DNA of 15,937 bases from Gemmatimonadaceae bacterium (GCA_044224875.1 JBGAJQ010000095.1:1-15937); one strand, 5' to 3'; numbered from the stretch's first letter, positions 1 to 8,964 are shown. Notes: a model not told the origin generated them from the sequence alone. A program made the numbers and translations.

Positions 1-1493
1 CGCAAGAGATCCTGGAGCATGAACCTCCCGACCCGCGTGCCGGCATCGAGCGTCGTCAGGATGAACAGCGCCTCGAACATGATGGCAAAGTGGTACCACA
101 GCGCCATCGCGGTCTTCCCACCCAGCACGTTCGAGAAGAGGTGTGCCATGCCCACGGCGAGACTGGGGGCGCCACCCGTGCGGGAGAGCAGCTTCGTCTC
201 GCCGACCTGCGTCGTCAGTGCCTTGAACTCTGCTGGGTCGAGGGTGAAGCCCCACTGCTGCACCGCCGTGGCGGCCGATTCCACGGTCGTTCCAATCGCC
301 GCGGCCGGAGCGTTGATGGCAAAGTAGGTTCCGGGGGTGAGCACACAGGCGGCGATGAGGGCCAACGTCGCCACCAGGGATTCCGTCAGCATGCCGCCGT
401 ACCCAATGAACCGCGCGTCCGGCTCGCGGTCGAGCAACTTGGGTGTTGTGCCTGACGAAATGAGCGAGTGGAATCCGGAAATCGCGCCGCAAGCAATCGT
501 GATGAAACAGAACGGGAACACCTTTCCGGCAAACACCGGACCCGTTCCATCGATGAAACGCGTGATCGCTGGCATTTGCAGCGGCGGCAGCGACACGATC
601 ACGCCAATGGCGAGCGCTGCCACCACGCCGATCTTCACAAACGCCGAGAGGTAGTCGCGCGGCGCCAGCAATAGCCATACGGGAAGAACCGAGGCGGCAA
701 AGCCGTATACCATCAGGATCAGTGCAAGCGCCGGCCGCGACAGGGTGAAGGTCGGTGCGATGGCCGCATTCTCGGCGATCGACCGGCCCACGAAGAGGGC
801 GACGACGAGCAGCACCAGGCCAATCGCGGTGGCCTCGAGGACCCGATGTGGGCGAATCCAGCGCATGTAGCCGCCCATGAGGATGGCGATCGGAATGGTG
901 AGCCCAACCGTCACGACACCCCACGGACTTTCCCCCAGCGCGTTGACCACGATGAGTGCCAACACCGCGATCAGGATCACCATGATGCCCAACACCGCCA
1001 CGAGGGCCGTCATGCCGGCGACGGTGCCGATTTCCTCCTTGGCCATCTGTCCGAGCGACTTGCCGTTCCGCCGCAACGATGAGCAGAGAATGACGAAGTC
1101 CTGTACCGCGCCGCCTAACGCCACCCCCACGATGATCCAGATCGCGCCGGGAAGAAACCCGAACTGCGCCGCCAAGGTCGGACCGACCAGGGGACCCGGG
1201 CCGGCGATCGCCGCAAAGTGGTGACCAAACACGATCCATCGGTTGGTCGGGACAAAGTCGCGTCCGTCGTTCAAGCGCTCGGCCGGCGTGCGGCGGTTGG
1301 CATCGAGCGCAAAGACGTTGGCGGCGATCACGCGACTGTAGAACCGGTACGCGACGGCGTAGGTGCATACGGCCGCAGTCACGAGCCACGCGGCGCTGAT
1401 CGTCTCCCCCCGGTTGATGGCGATGAAGGCGAACGAGCCCGCCCCGGACAGGGCGACCAGGATCCAGACGGCGGCGGATGCGAAGCTCGGCAT
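1..1493 (-). CDS. cstA: Carbon starvation protein A family peptide/pyruvate transporter (CstA/BtsT-YjiY), 3' end off the window
   Basis: Manual minus-strand translation from ATG at 1493-1491 (GAGAGAGGA upstream) gives MPSFASAAVWILVALSGAGSFAFIAINRGETISAAWLVTAAVCTYAVAYRFYS..., then GHHFAAIAGPGPLVGP and, at the window edge in the same frame, WYHFAIMFEALFILTTLDAGTRVGRFMLQDLL. These are hallmark CstA motifs. Absent from the ORF track because it has no stop codon inside the window. Confidence 0.95.
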   Translation of the reverse strand, partial: MPSFASAAVWILVALSGAGSFAFIAINRGETISAAWLVTAAVCTYAVAYRFYSRVIAANVFALDANRRTPAERLNDGRDFVPTNRWIVFGHHFAAIAGPGPLVGPTLAAQFGFLPGAIWIIVGVALGGAVQDFVILCSSLRRNGKSLGQMAKEEIGTVAGMTALVAVLGIMVILIAVLALIVVNALGESPWGVVTVGLTIPIAILMGGYMRWIRPHRVLEATAIGLVLLVVALFVGRSIAENAAIAPTFTLSRPALALILMVYGFAASVLPVWLLLAPRDYLSAFVKIGVVAALAIGVIVSLPPLQMPAITRFIDGTGPVFAGKVFPFCFITIACGAISGFHSLISSGTTPKLLDREPDARFIGYGGMLTESLVATLALIAACVLTPGTYFAINAPAAAIGTTVESAATAVQQWGFTLDPAEFKALTTQVGETKLLSRTGGAPSLAVGMAHLFSNVLGGKTAMALWYHFAIMFEALFILTTLDAGTRVGRFMLQDLL

Positions 1494-1919
1494 TCAATCC
1501 TCTCTCGAGTGGCGGTCGGCGGCGGCGTGACGCGCAGAAATTGGGCTACGGTACCCGATCAGGGAATACGGTAGGGCAGTCAGGCGTTTCGGTCTTTCTT
1601 CGCAGCGGGGCGCAGGACCCGGCCCGGGCAGCGATGACCACTGCCTAACGGCTGGGCCGGTCTGCACGCTGCCGCCGCATCCGCTTCGCGGCCTCCCGCG
1701 AACGCCGCAGCACGGCGCTTGGCGCCGCCGCCGAAAAAGCGCGCGCAAGGAGCGTCCGATTTTTGCCGACCGAGTTTGGGAATCTCGCCGGTCGCACCGT
1801 CCAACGACGGACTGTAGTCTGCGCAGTGGAACGAAGTGTGGACGGGACGGGCTCGGTGTTGCAGCCGTGCTCAACCGCGCCGCATTCGCCCGGGGGTGGA
1901 CTACTCTGGAGGAGTCCCA

Positions 1920-2414
1920 ATGATGCAGCCAATCACACGATTCAAGATGCTGGCGACGCTTTTGCCGCTCCTCGCAGCGGCCTGTGCCTCACCAGAGTCA
2001 CGCGTCACCGCGCCGTTAGGCACTGACATGGCCGCGCAATCCTTGGCGGCCGTCGTGACGTTCGATTGCGTGGACCAGGGAGGCGTTCCGTATTATGCGT
2101 TCTACAACGCGCGCGGACGACTCGTTGGCAACCAGCCGTCCAGTTCACGGATCTACCGTCCCTACGTCGGAGATACCCTCTCCAAGCGTCCTTCCGCAGT
2201 GTTGATGAGCCCCGCGAAGTACCCGGGTTACCCGCAGTACAACGTGTGGAACGTGACCGGTGGCCCGGCAGCGGGGACGACCAACTACTTCTTCCTGCTC
2301 TTTCCCAAGGTGCTTCCGGGACCCGGCGGCGTGTTCCCGGCGGAGTTGCATGTGCAGTTCAACAAGGGACAAGGTGGATCGAACCAATCCATCGAGATGT
2401 GCACGGTGCAGTAG
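1920..2414 (+). CDS. Hypothetical lipoprotein (~164 aa)
   Basis: GGAGGAG RBS at 1908-1914 precedes ATGATG at 1920. N-terminus MMQPITRFKMLATLLPLLAAAC has basic residues, a hydrophobic core and a lipobox-like Cys. Followed by a terminator-like hairpin. No family recognised. Confidence 0.75.
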   Translation: MMQPITRFKMLATLLPLLAAACASPESRVTAPLGTDMAAQSLAAVVTFDCVDQGGVPYYAFYNARGRLVGNQPSSSRIYRPYVGDTLSKRPSAVLMSPAKYPGYPQYNVWNVTGGPAAGTTNYFFLLFPKVLPGPGGVFPAELHVQFNKGQGGSNQSIEMCTVQ

Positions 2415-2461
2415 TCGCGCGGCTGGTCGGATCGACAGCGTGCGTCTGTAGCTGACGCCAA

Positions 2462-2503
2462 GCGGCTTCGGTTTCCCTGGGGATCCGAAGCCGCCAGGTT
2501 TTT
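2462..2503 (+). terminator. Probable intrinsic terminator after the orphan lipoprotein
   Basis: Perfect 10-bp stem GCGGCTTCGG (2462-2471) / CCGAAGCCGC (2485-2494), followed after 4 nt by TTTTT (2499-2503). Confidence 0.6.
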
Positions 2504-2577
2504 CGGCCGTTGCCGCTCTCCCGGGGTGAGCACGGTGGACAGTGCACGACCATCGTAACGGGTCATGCGTTTGGCCC

Positions 2578-2600
2578 GCGCAAAGATGTTAACTTTGCGC
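2578..2600 (+). promoter_or_regulatory. Inverted repeat overlapping a candidate extended -10 promoter
   Basis: GCGCAAAG-N7-CTTTGCGC (2578-2600) contains TG-T-TAACTT (2587-2595), a locally AT-rich spot at the head of the lipoprotein-icd gene run. Confidence 0.4.
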
Positions 2601-3284
2601 CGACCCTTGAGGATTGCTCTCCTGCGCACCGTTACCACAGCCTTGGCCGCCGTCGCCGCTCTCGTGTCCGCGTCGTGTGCGGCCGTCAAGGCGCCGCCGT
2701 CCTCCCAAGTCGACGCCACGGCCGAGCAGCCCCTGTCGTACTTCGCGTCGGCGCGAATCATGGCCATGCCGACGCAGCTGTTTCGCACAGAAGACGCCAT
2801 GGGGTGGGCGGGGACGATCTCCGATCCTCGTGCGTACCTCGCCTCGGCAGACTCGGCGATCGAGCGCGAACTGCGCGCCAGGAACTACGCGGCGAACTGG
2901 ATATTCCCGGCGGAATTAGTGCGGTCGGCGAAGCGAAATCCGACGTACGCTTCAGATCCGACGACGATTCGGGCCGCGGACGCGGTGCGTCGTCTGGAAC
3001 GTAAGGCGACGGCGACCCTGGCGGAGCCGGCGGCGTCGCAGCTGCGCGTCTTGGCAGGGTTGCACGATGCCCGTTACGCGCTGGTTCCCGTCGAACTTCG
3101 CTTCGAGCCGTCGGCGGCGGGAGGGACGCATGGCAAGGCGGTCCTGCACCTCGCACTGGTCGACATTCGTGGTGCGCGCCTCGACTGGACGGGCGATGTC
3201 TCCAGTGATGAGAGCGCGACACTGACACCCACGCTGCTGACTTCTTTAGCTCGGCACTTTGCCGACCTTATTGCACCTCGTTAG
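2586..3284 (+). CDS. Hypothetical exported protein / probable lipoprotein (start uncertain: 2565, 2586 or TTG 2607)
   Basis: Long ORF ending 9 nt before the icd ATG. Signal-like stretch TVTTALAAVAALVSASC ends in Cys. The remainder looks like a soluble alpha/beta domain. Confidence 0.7.
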   Translation: MLTLRRPLRIALLRTVTTALAAVAALVSASCAAVKAPPSSQVDATAEQPLSYFASARIMAMPTQLFRTEDAMGWAGTISDPRAYLASADSAIERELRARNYAANWIFPAELVRSAKRNPTYASDPTTIRAADAVRRLERKATATLAEPAASQLRVLAGLHDARYALVPVELRFEPSAAGGTHGKAVLHLALVDIRGARLDWTGDVSSDESATLTPTLLTSLARHFADLIAPR

Positions 3285-3293
3285 GTGAATGCT

Positions 3294-4310
3294 ATGTCTA
3301 TTCCGTGCACGTTGATCGCTGGCGACGGCATTGGCCCTGACATCACCGCGGCGACGCTGCGTGTGCTGGACGCCGTGGGCGCGCCGTTCGAGTGGGACCG
3401 TCAGGTGGCTGGCGCCGCCGGCGTCGCCGCCGCAAACAACCCGATGCCGGACGCCACCTTGGCGTCGATCCAGCGGACGCGATTGGCGTTGAAGGGTCCG
3501 CTCGAAACACCGGTCGGCGAGGGGTATCGCTCCGTGAACGTGGCGTTGCGGAAGACGTTTGACCTGTATGCCAACGTACGGCCGGCCAAGGACATCGTTC
3601 CCGGTGGCCGCTTCGACAACGTGGACATCGTGCTGGTCCGCGAGAATACCGAGGGGCTGTACGCGGGGCTCGAGCACTACATCAAGGTGGGTGAAGACGA
3701 CAAGGCGGCGGCGGAGTCGATCGCACTCATCACGCGCGTGGGTTCCGAGCGTGTGGTGCGCTACGCGTTCGAGTACGCGTTGGCGCATGGACGCAAGAAG
3801 GTCACGCTGGTCCACAAGGCCAACATCCTGAAGTATTCGCAGGGACTGTTCCGCAGTGTTGGGCAGGCCATCGCCAAGGAGTACGAAGGGCGCGTGGCGT
3901 ATGACGAACGCATCATCGACGCGGCGGCGATGCACCTGGTGATTCGCCCCGAGCAGTTTGATGTGATGGTGACGACCAACTTGTTCGGTGACATCCTGTC
4001 GGACCTGGTGTCCGGCCTGGTGGGCGGCCTCGGGCTCGCACCGGGTGCGAACATTGGAACGTCCGCCGCCATCTTCGAGGCGGTGCACGGCACGGCGCCG
4101 GACATCGCGGGGCAGGGCATTGCGAACCCTGGGGCGTTGATACTGGCGGCGGCGCTGATGCTCGAACACGTGGGTGAGAAGACCGCCGCCGAGCGTGTTC
4201 GCGCCGCGTTGGAGCTGACAATCAAGGAGGGGAAGACCGTCACGCGCGACCTCGGGGGCACGGCGGGCACTGAGCGCTTCACCGACGCCATCATTGCCCA
4301 TCTTCGATAG
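3294..4310 (+). CDS. icd: Isocitrate/isopropylmalate dehydrogenase family protein, most likely NAD-dependent isocitrate dehydrogenase
   Basis: Motifs GDGIGPDIT, LKGPLETP, RSVNVALRK..DLYANVRP, RENTEGLY, HKANILK, NLFGDILSDL and FEAVHGTAPDIAG. SxNxxxR fits isocitrate binding, and the APDIA Asp-Ile pair fits NAD preference. AGGTG RBS precedes ATG 3294. Confidence 0.88.
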   Translation: MSIPCTLIAGDGIGPDITAATLRVLDAVGAPFEWDRQVAGAAGVAAANNPMPDATLASIQRTRLALKGPLETPVGEGYRSVNVALRKTFDLYANVRPAKDIVPGGRFDNVDIVLVRENTEGLYAGLEHYIKVGEDDKAAAESIALITRVGSERVVRYAFEYALAHGRKKVTLVHKANILKYSQGLFRSVGQAIAKEYEGRVAYDERIIDAAAMHLVIRPEQFDVMVTTNLFGDILSDLVSGLVGGLGLAPGANIGTSAAIFEAVHGTAPDIAGQGIANPGALILAAALMLEHVGEKTAAERVRAALELTIKEGKTVTRDLGGTAGTERFTDAIIAHLR

Positions 4311-4340
4311 CCCCTCCACGTCGCTGGCACGGGGCGCCCC

Positions 4341-5192
4341 GTGACGGAAGGCGACAGCAGGCCGTCCCTCCGCATCCTCCACGTCTCGGACATCCATTTC
4401 GGTCCGCCTGAAGAGCCGATGCAGGTAGCGGCGGTCGAGCGATTGGTGCAGGAACAACGGTATGAGGCCGTGGCGGTGTCGGGCGACGTGTCGCAACGGG
4501 CGCGGGCGCGGGAATTCCGGAAAGGGGCGGCGTGGCTGGCCCGCCTTCGTCAAACGAGCCCGCTCCTGGTGGTGCCAGGAAACCATGACATTCCGTGGTG
4601 GCGCTCACCGTTGCATCTGCTGGGAAGCTCACTGCTGTACCGCAAGTATCGACGGTTCATTGCCACCGAGTTGGAGCCGGTGTTGCAGGTGACGGGGGCG
4701 AGGTTCGTCGGCCTGAACACGGCCCAGGGCATTCACTGGCGTACCCTCACCAGGCGTCCGCGCGACCTATCGATCATTGGCGACCTGCGCCCCGACCAGC
4801 TGGCCCGGGCCGGCCTCGCGTTCGAGAAGTCGTGGACGGGTGACCTGCGCGTGGCGGTCCTGCACCACAACCTGACGCGGGGCGACTTGTCGCGCCGGTA
4901 CGGACTCAAGCATCACGAGGTGGTCCTGCACGCGCTGGCGGCGATGGGGGTGGGATTGGTGTTGACCGGCCACGATCATCAGGAGCAAGTGACGGCGTTG
5001 GAGCTCGAGGGCCAGCGGATGGTGGTGCTGACCGCCGGGACGATCTCCAATCGCTCGCGTGGCGGACGCCCAACGAGTGTGTTCGAGGTCGAGGTCCGCC
5101 CGACGACGCTGACGATCATTACCCGGACGTGGGTGCCTGCACCGGGCGCCGGTGCCTTTGAGCCGTCGTTGGTCCAGTGCTTCGCTCGTTAG
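4341..5192 (+). CDS. Calcineurin-like metallophosphoesterase (CpdA/Icc-like)
   Basis: All five metal-binding motifs in order: SDIHFG, SGDVS, PGNHD, LHHN, GHDH. Confidence 0.9.
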   Translation: MTEGDSRPSLRILHVSDIHFGPPEEPMQVAAVERLVQEQRYEAVAVSGDVSQRARAREFRKGAAWLARLRQTSPLLVVPGNHDIPWWRSPLHLLGSSLLYRKYRRFIATELEPVLQVTGARFVGLNTAQGIHWRTLTRRPRDLSIIGDLRPDQLARAGLAFEKSWTGDLRVAVLHHNLTRGDLSRRYGLKHHEVVLHALAAMGVGLVLTGHDHQEQVTALELEGQRMVVLTAGTISNRSRGGRPTSVFEVEVRPTTLTIITRTWVPAPGAGAFEPSLVQCFAR

Positions 5193-5224
5193 GTCGTTCG
5201 AAACGGCCCCCGCTGCTCGAGCGG

Positions 5225-6073
5225 ATGCGACAGCTGATGGGGCTGCAGTTGGAGATGCCTTTGGGAACGGGGGCGACGCCGCGCGTCGGATCGGCGCCGG
5301 CTCTTCACCCAAACGGGGGGCCCCCCCCGAAGACAGAATCTACCAGCGACCGACGCGATCCCACGCATTCTTCTGTCCCCACTCGGACCGAATCACCGCC
5401 TCATTCTCCCCGTCCCGACCTCCGATCGCGCACCCTAGACGCCCAGGAATTCCTCGTCGCCCTCCAGTCCCTCGGGCTTCGCGGCATCCGACACCTGACG
5501 CTCACGACGAACCGTCGCACCGTCGTCTCCTTCCACGGCGAGCGCCTTCGTGTGCACCGGGCCCTCGTCGCGGCCCCCGTTGCGCTGCATCGAGCGATCA
5601 TCGGGTTCGTTCATGGACCGCCAGCGGCCCGTCGTGCCGCCCGACGCGCGCTGCTGGCGTTCGACCTGCCGAAACCGGACGTTCCCGTTGCGCAACGCCG
5701 CCGCACCACGGCGTCCAACCCTGCCGATCAACCGGTCGTCCAGCGCTTGCGTCTTGCCCATCGTCAGCTCAACGACGAGCGTTTCCACGGCATCCTCCCG
5801 CCCGTCGACATCCGCGTCTCCGGGAGAATGCGCTCTCGCCTCGGTCACTTCGCGCCCGGTGCGCCGCATGAGGCACCAGAAATCGCCATTTCCCGGCGCC
5901 ACATCCGCCGTGACAGCTGGGAGTCCGTACTCGAGACGCTAACCCACGAAATGGTGCATCAGTGGCAGCACGAAACGGGTCGTGCTTTGGCTCACGACGC
6001 ACAGTTCCGTTGCAAGGCACGCGACGTTGGAATCCCTCCCGCAGCGCGCCGGCGTGCTGGCCGCGTCGACTAG
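5225..6073 (+). CDS. SprT-like zinc metalloprotease domain protein with Pro/Ser-rich N-terminal region (start uncertain)
   Basis: C-terminal LNDERFHGILP..I.VSGRMRSRLGHF...I.IS...ETLTHEMVHQW....HDAQF pattern (HExxH plus a downstream His) is typical of SprT domains. Confidence 0.8.
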   Translation: MRQLMGLQLEMPLGTGATPRVGSAPALHPNGGPPPKTESTSDRRDPTHSSVPTRTESPPHSPRPDLRSRTLDAQEFLVALQSLGLRGIRHLTLTTNRRTVVSFHGERLRVHRALVAAPVALHRAIIGFVHGPPAARRAARRALLAFDLPKPDVPVAQRRRTTASNPADQPVVQRLRLAHRQLNDERFHGILPPVDIRVSGRMRSRLGHFAPGAPHEAPEIAISRRHIRRDSWESVLETLTHEMVHQWQHETGRALAHDAQFRCKARDVGIPPAARRRAGRVD

Positions 6074-6092
6074 TGCGCGTCAAATTGTGCAC

Positions 6093-8582
6093 ATGATACC
6101 TCGTTCGGCTCTCGGCGCCGTTGCCCTGGTGGCATTGGCAGCTCTTGGTTACGTAGGGGCCCGCGGCGCGGGTCCGGTGCCTCCCTTGGGCAACCTGCTC
6201 GATCCCATTCACGGCGCGTGGGCCGCCAGCCGCTACGCTGAACTCCCGCGCACTGCATCGGTCGGAATCCCCGGTGTCGCAGCGAGCGTGGACGTGCGCT
6301 ACGACCGCCGCGGCGTGCCACACATCTTCGCAAGCTCCGTCGACGACGCCATCCGGGCGCTCGGATACGTCGTTGCGCGTGACCGGCTCTTCCAGTTGGA
6401 CCTGCAGACCCATGCGTCGTCAGGCCGCCTGACAGAGTGGGCGGGGCCGCGCGCGCTGCCGCTGGACCAGCAAACGCGTCGTCTCGGACTTCCGCGAGCG
6501 GCCGAACGTTACTTCGCGTCGCTCGACACGGCTGGCGCGGCGCGCCGCCTGCTGGATGCCTACGCGGACGGGGTCAACGCGCGCATTGGCGAACTGACGC
6601 GCGCCGAATGGCCGGTCGAATATCGATTGCTTGGTCAGCAACCGGAGCGGTGGCGCCCGCTCAATTCGTTGTACCTGCTGTCCCGCATGAGCTACACGCT
6701 CACGTATTTCTTTGACGAGCGCGCGCGGATGGATGTGCAGGCCAAGGTCGGCCGAGCCGCCGCCCTCGCGCTCTTTCCGACCGACGCGCCCATCCAAGAG
6801 CCGATCCAGCCGATCCGCCGGAGCGCACCGCAGTATGACTTCGTGCGGTTGCCGCCTCCCGGTCCTCCGGACACCGTGGCCCGACAGTTGGCGGCCTTGC
6901 TCCCTACGGCGCCGCCTGAGACGGGTGAGGAGCGACCGTCTTTCGCCAGCAACAACTGGGCGGTAGCGCCACGGCGCACGGTGAACAAGGCGCCCCTCCT
7001 GGCTGGCGATCCACACCTCGAGCTCACACTTCCGAGCATCTGGTATGAGGCGCATCTGGTCGTCCCTGGCGTCCTGGACGCGTACGGCGTGACCATCCCC
7101 GGCGTTCCCGGCATCGTCATCGGCTTTACCCGGGACCTTGCCTGGTCCTTCACGAACACGGGCGCCGATGTCATCGACTTCTACGCCGAGTCGTTCGACG
7201 ACCCCAAGCATCCCACACGCTACCGGCTCGATGACACCTGGAAACCCCTCGAGTCGCGTAGCGAAACCTACTTGGGGACGCATGGCGAGGTTGTAGCTGT
7301 CGACACCGTGTACTACACGCATCGTGGCCCCGTCGACACATGGAACGGAAAGCCCGTGTCCATGCGATGGACGGCGCTGGAGCCGCAGAACGAAGCCGCG
7401 GCGTTCATCGGCGCCGTCGGCTCTCGCACGACGGAAGAATTCCTCGGACGCATGGCGGCGAACTACACCGTCCCGGCGCAGAACATGATCGTCGCCGATC
7501 GAGCCGGTGGCATCGCCATCCGTTCAACCGGCCGCTATCCCATCCGCCCCGACTCCGGGGATGGCCTTGTGGTTCGTGATGGCACGCGCTCATCGTCGGA
7601 CTGGAAGGGCTACTGGCCGGTTGAGGACTATCCGCAGTCGTTCAACCCGCCGCAGGGCTTCCTTGCCTCTGCGAACCAGCAACCCATCGATCCGCGCGAC
7701 CACCCGCGCTACCTCGGTTACGACCGGGCGTACGAATCGTGGCGCGCTCTGCAGATCAATCGGCTGCTCCGGGCCGACTCTGCCATCACCGTCGACAAGA
7801 TGATCGCGTTTCAGACCGACCCCGGAAGTGTCCGGGCCGACGCGTTCGTCCCCTTCTTTGTCGAAGCCGCTGCCCGACGGGCGTCCGGCGCGCAATCCGC
7901 AGCGCGCTTGGATAGCGCCCGGACGCTGCTCGCCGCGTGGGATCGCCGGTACACCGTGGACCAGAATGCCGCGGCTTTATTTGAGCTGGCGATGCGCCAG
8001 CTGGGGCGCACGACATGGGATGAACTGGCCGGGGCCGACGGTCGTCCCGTCGCCACACCGAGCACCAATGTACTGTTGGAGCTGCTACAGGACTCCTCCA
8101 GCGCGTGGTGGGATCGGGTCGCGACACGCGAGCGGATCGAGCACCGGGACGACGTCCTGGCCGCCAGCCTCACCAGTGCGTGGGACACGTTGTCCGCCAA
8201 GTATGGCTCGCCGTCGGCCGGACACTGGGTCTGGCGCGAACGAGGGGCGGCCGCCATGAATCACCTCCTGAGACTGCCCGGGTTCTCCGAGGAAGGGATC
8301 CCGATTCAAGGAGGGCCCGGCACCCTCAATCCCGCATCCGGCGCCGGCTTTGGACCCAGCTGGCGGATGGTGGTCGAGCTGGGGCCGACCGTCCATGCGT
8401 TCGGCACTTATCCCGGTGGCCAGAGTGGGAATCCGGCAAGTTCGCGTTACATCGACCGTCTCCCGCTCTGGCAGCGTGGCGTGCTCGACACCCTGATGGT
8501 CCCCTCCTCCGCGTCTGAGCTGTCGGACCGCGACACGCGATCCGTCCTTACGGATCGCGGACCACAAGGGGGCAAGCCATGA
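6093..8582 (+). CDS. Penicillin acylase family Ntn hydrolase (peptidase S45), N-terminally anchored or exported
   Basis: Alpha-chain motifs YDRRGVPHIFA and GYVVARDRLFQLD; beta chain starts SNNW (catalytic Ser codon 6948-6950), followed by GDPHL, ASANQ, GPSWRMVVEL and YPGGQSGNP. Hydrophobic N-terminus from ATG 6093. Confidence 0.95.
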   Translation: MIPRSALGAVALVALAALGYVGARGAGPVPPLGNLLDPIHGAWAASRYAELPRTASVGIPGVAASVDVRYDRRGVPHIFASSVDDAIRALGYVVARDRLFQLDLQTHASSGRLTEWAGPRALPLDQQTRRLGLPRAAERYFASLDTAGAARRLLDAYADGVNARIGELTRAEWPVEYRLLGQQPERWRPLNSLYLLSRMSYTLTYFFDERARMDVQAKVGRAAALALFPTDAPIQEPIQPIRRSAPQYDFVRLPPPGPPDTVARQLAALLPTAPPETGEERPSFASNNWAVAPRRTVNKAPLLAGDPHLELTLPSIWYEAHLVVPGVLDAYGVTIPGVPGIVIGFTRDLAWSFTNTGADVIDFYAESFDDPKHPTRYRLDDTWKPLESRSETYLGTHGEVVAVDTVYYTHRGPVDTWNGKPVSMRWTALEPQNEAAAFIGAVGSRTTEEFLGRMAANYTVPAQNMIVADRAGGIAIRSTGRYPIRPDSGDGLVVRDGTRSSSDWKGYWPVEDYPQSFNPPQGFLASANQQPIDPRDHPRYLGYDRAYESWRALQINRLLRADSAITVDKMIAFQTDPGSVRADAFVPFFVEAAARRASGAQSAARLDSARTLLAAWDRRYTVDQNAAALFELAMRQLGRTTWDELAGADGRPVATPSTNVLLELLQDSSSAWWDRVATRERIEHRDDVLAASLTSAWDTLSAKYGSPSAGHWVWRERGAAAMNHLLRLPGFSEEGIPIQGGPGTLNPASGAGFGPSWRMVVELGPTVHAFGTYPGGQSGNPASSRYIDRLPLWQRGVLDTLMVPSSASELSDRDTRSVLTDRGPQGGKP

Positions 8583-8917
8583 GCCGCCCCGTGATTGTCG
8601 TAGCGCTTTCGCTGGAGTTCGCGTTAGGCACCGCCATCTTCGGTTGGTGGGCCGTGCCGGCCATCGGACTTATTGCCGGATTGGCGCTGGGGCGACGACG
8701 GCGTCCCGGGTGGCTCTCGGCGATTGCCGCGGCCCTCGCGTGGTGTGCCGTGCTTGTCGTCTATCGGTTCGCTGACTACCCCGTCGCCACATTGCTGCAT
8801 CGACTCGCTGGCGCCATGCGGCTCCCCGGATGGGGCTTGGTGGCCATGACACTGCTATTCCCCGCGCTTCTGGCCGGAAGCTCAGCCGCGCTCGGCGGCG
8901 CACTGCGAAAGGACTGA
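8579..8917 (+). CDS. Small hypothetical integral membrane protein (112 aa, 3-4 TM)
   Basis: ATGA overlap with the acylase stop codon; hydrophobic segments separated by an RRRRP loop. Confidence 0.8.
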   Translation: MSRPVIVVALSLEFALGTAIFGWWAVPAIGLIAGLALGRRRRPGWLSAIAAALAWCAVLVVYRFADYPVATLLHRLAGAMRLPGWGLVAMTLLFPALLAGSSAALGGALRKD

Positions 8918-8964
8918 GCGCGCCGCCGATCACTCGTCGTTGCCTGTCGACTATCTTTCGTTCC

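Noticed and set aside
19..1574. Series of plus-strand ORFs (102-121 aa) in the ORF track
   Set aside because: All lie antisense to the continuous cstA frame, which explains the region.
3246..4586. 446-aa minus-strand ORF antisense to icd
   Set aside because: Shadow ORF of a well-supported gene in high-GC DNA; Arg/His-rich with no recognisable motifs.
4341..6073. Metallophosphoesterase plus SprT protease as an anti-phage defence pair
   Set aside because: Both sit in a housekeeping gene run with typical codon style, and there is no nuclease, NTPase, cyclase or island hallmark nearby.
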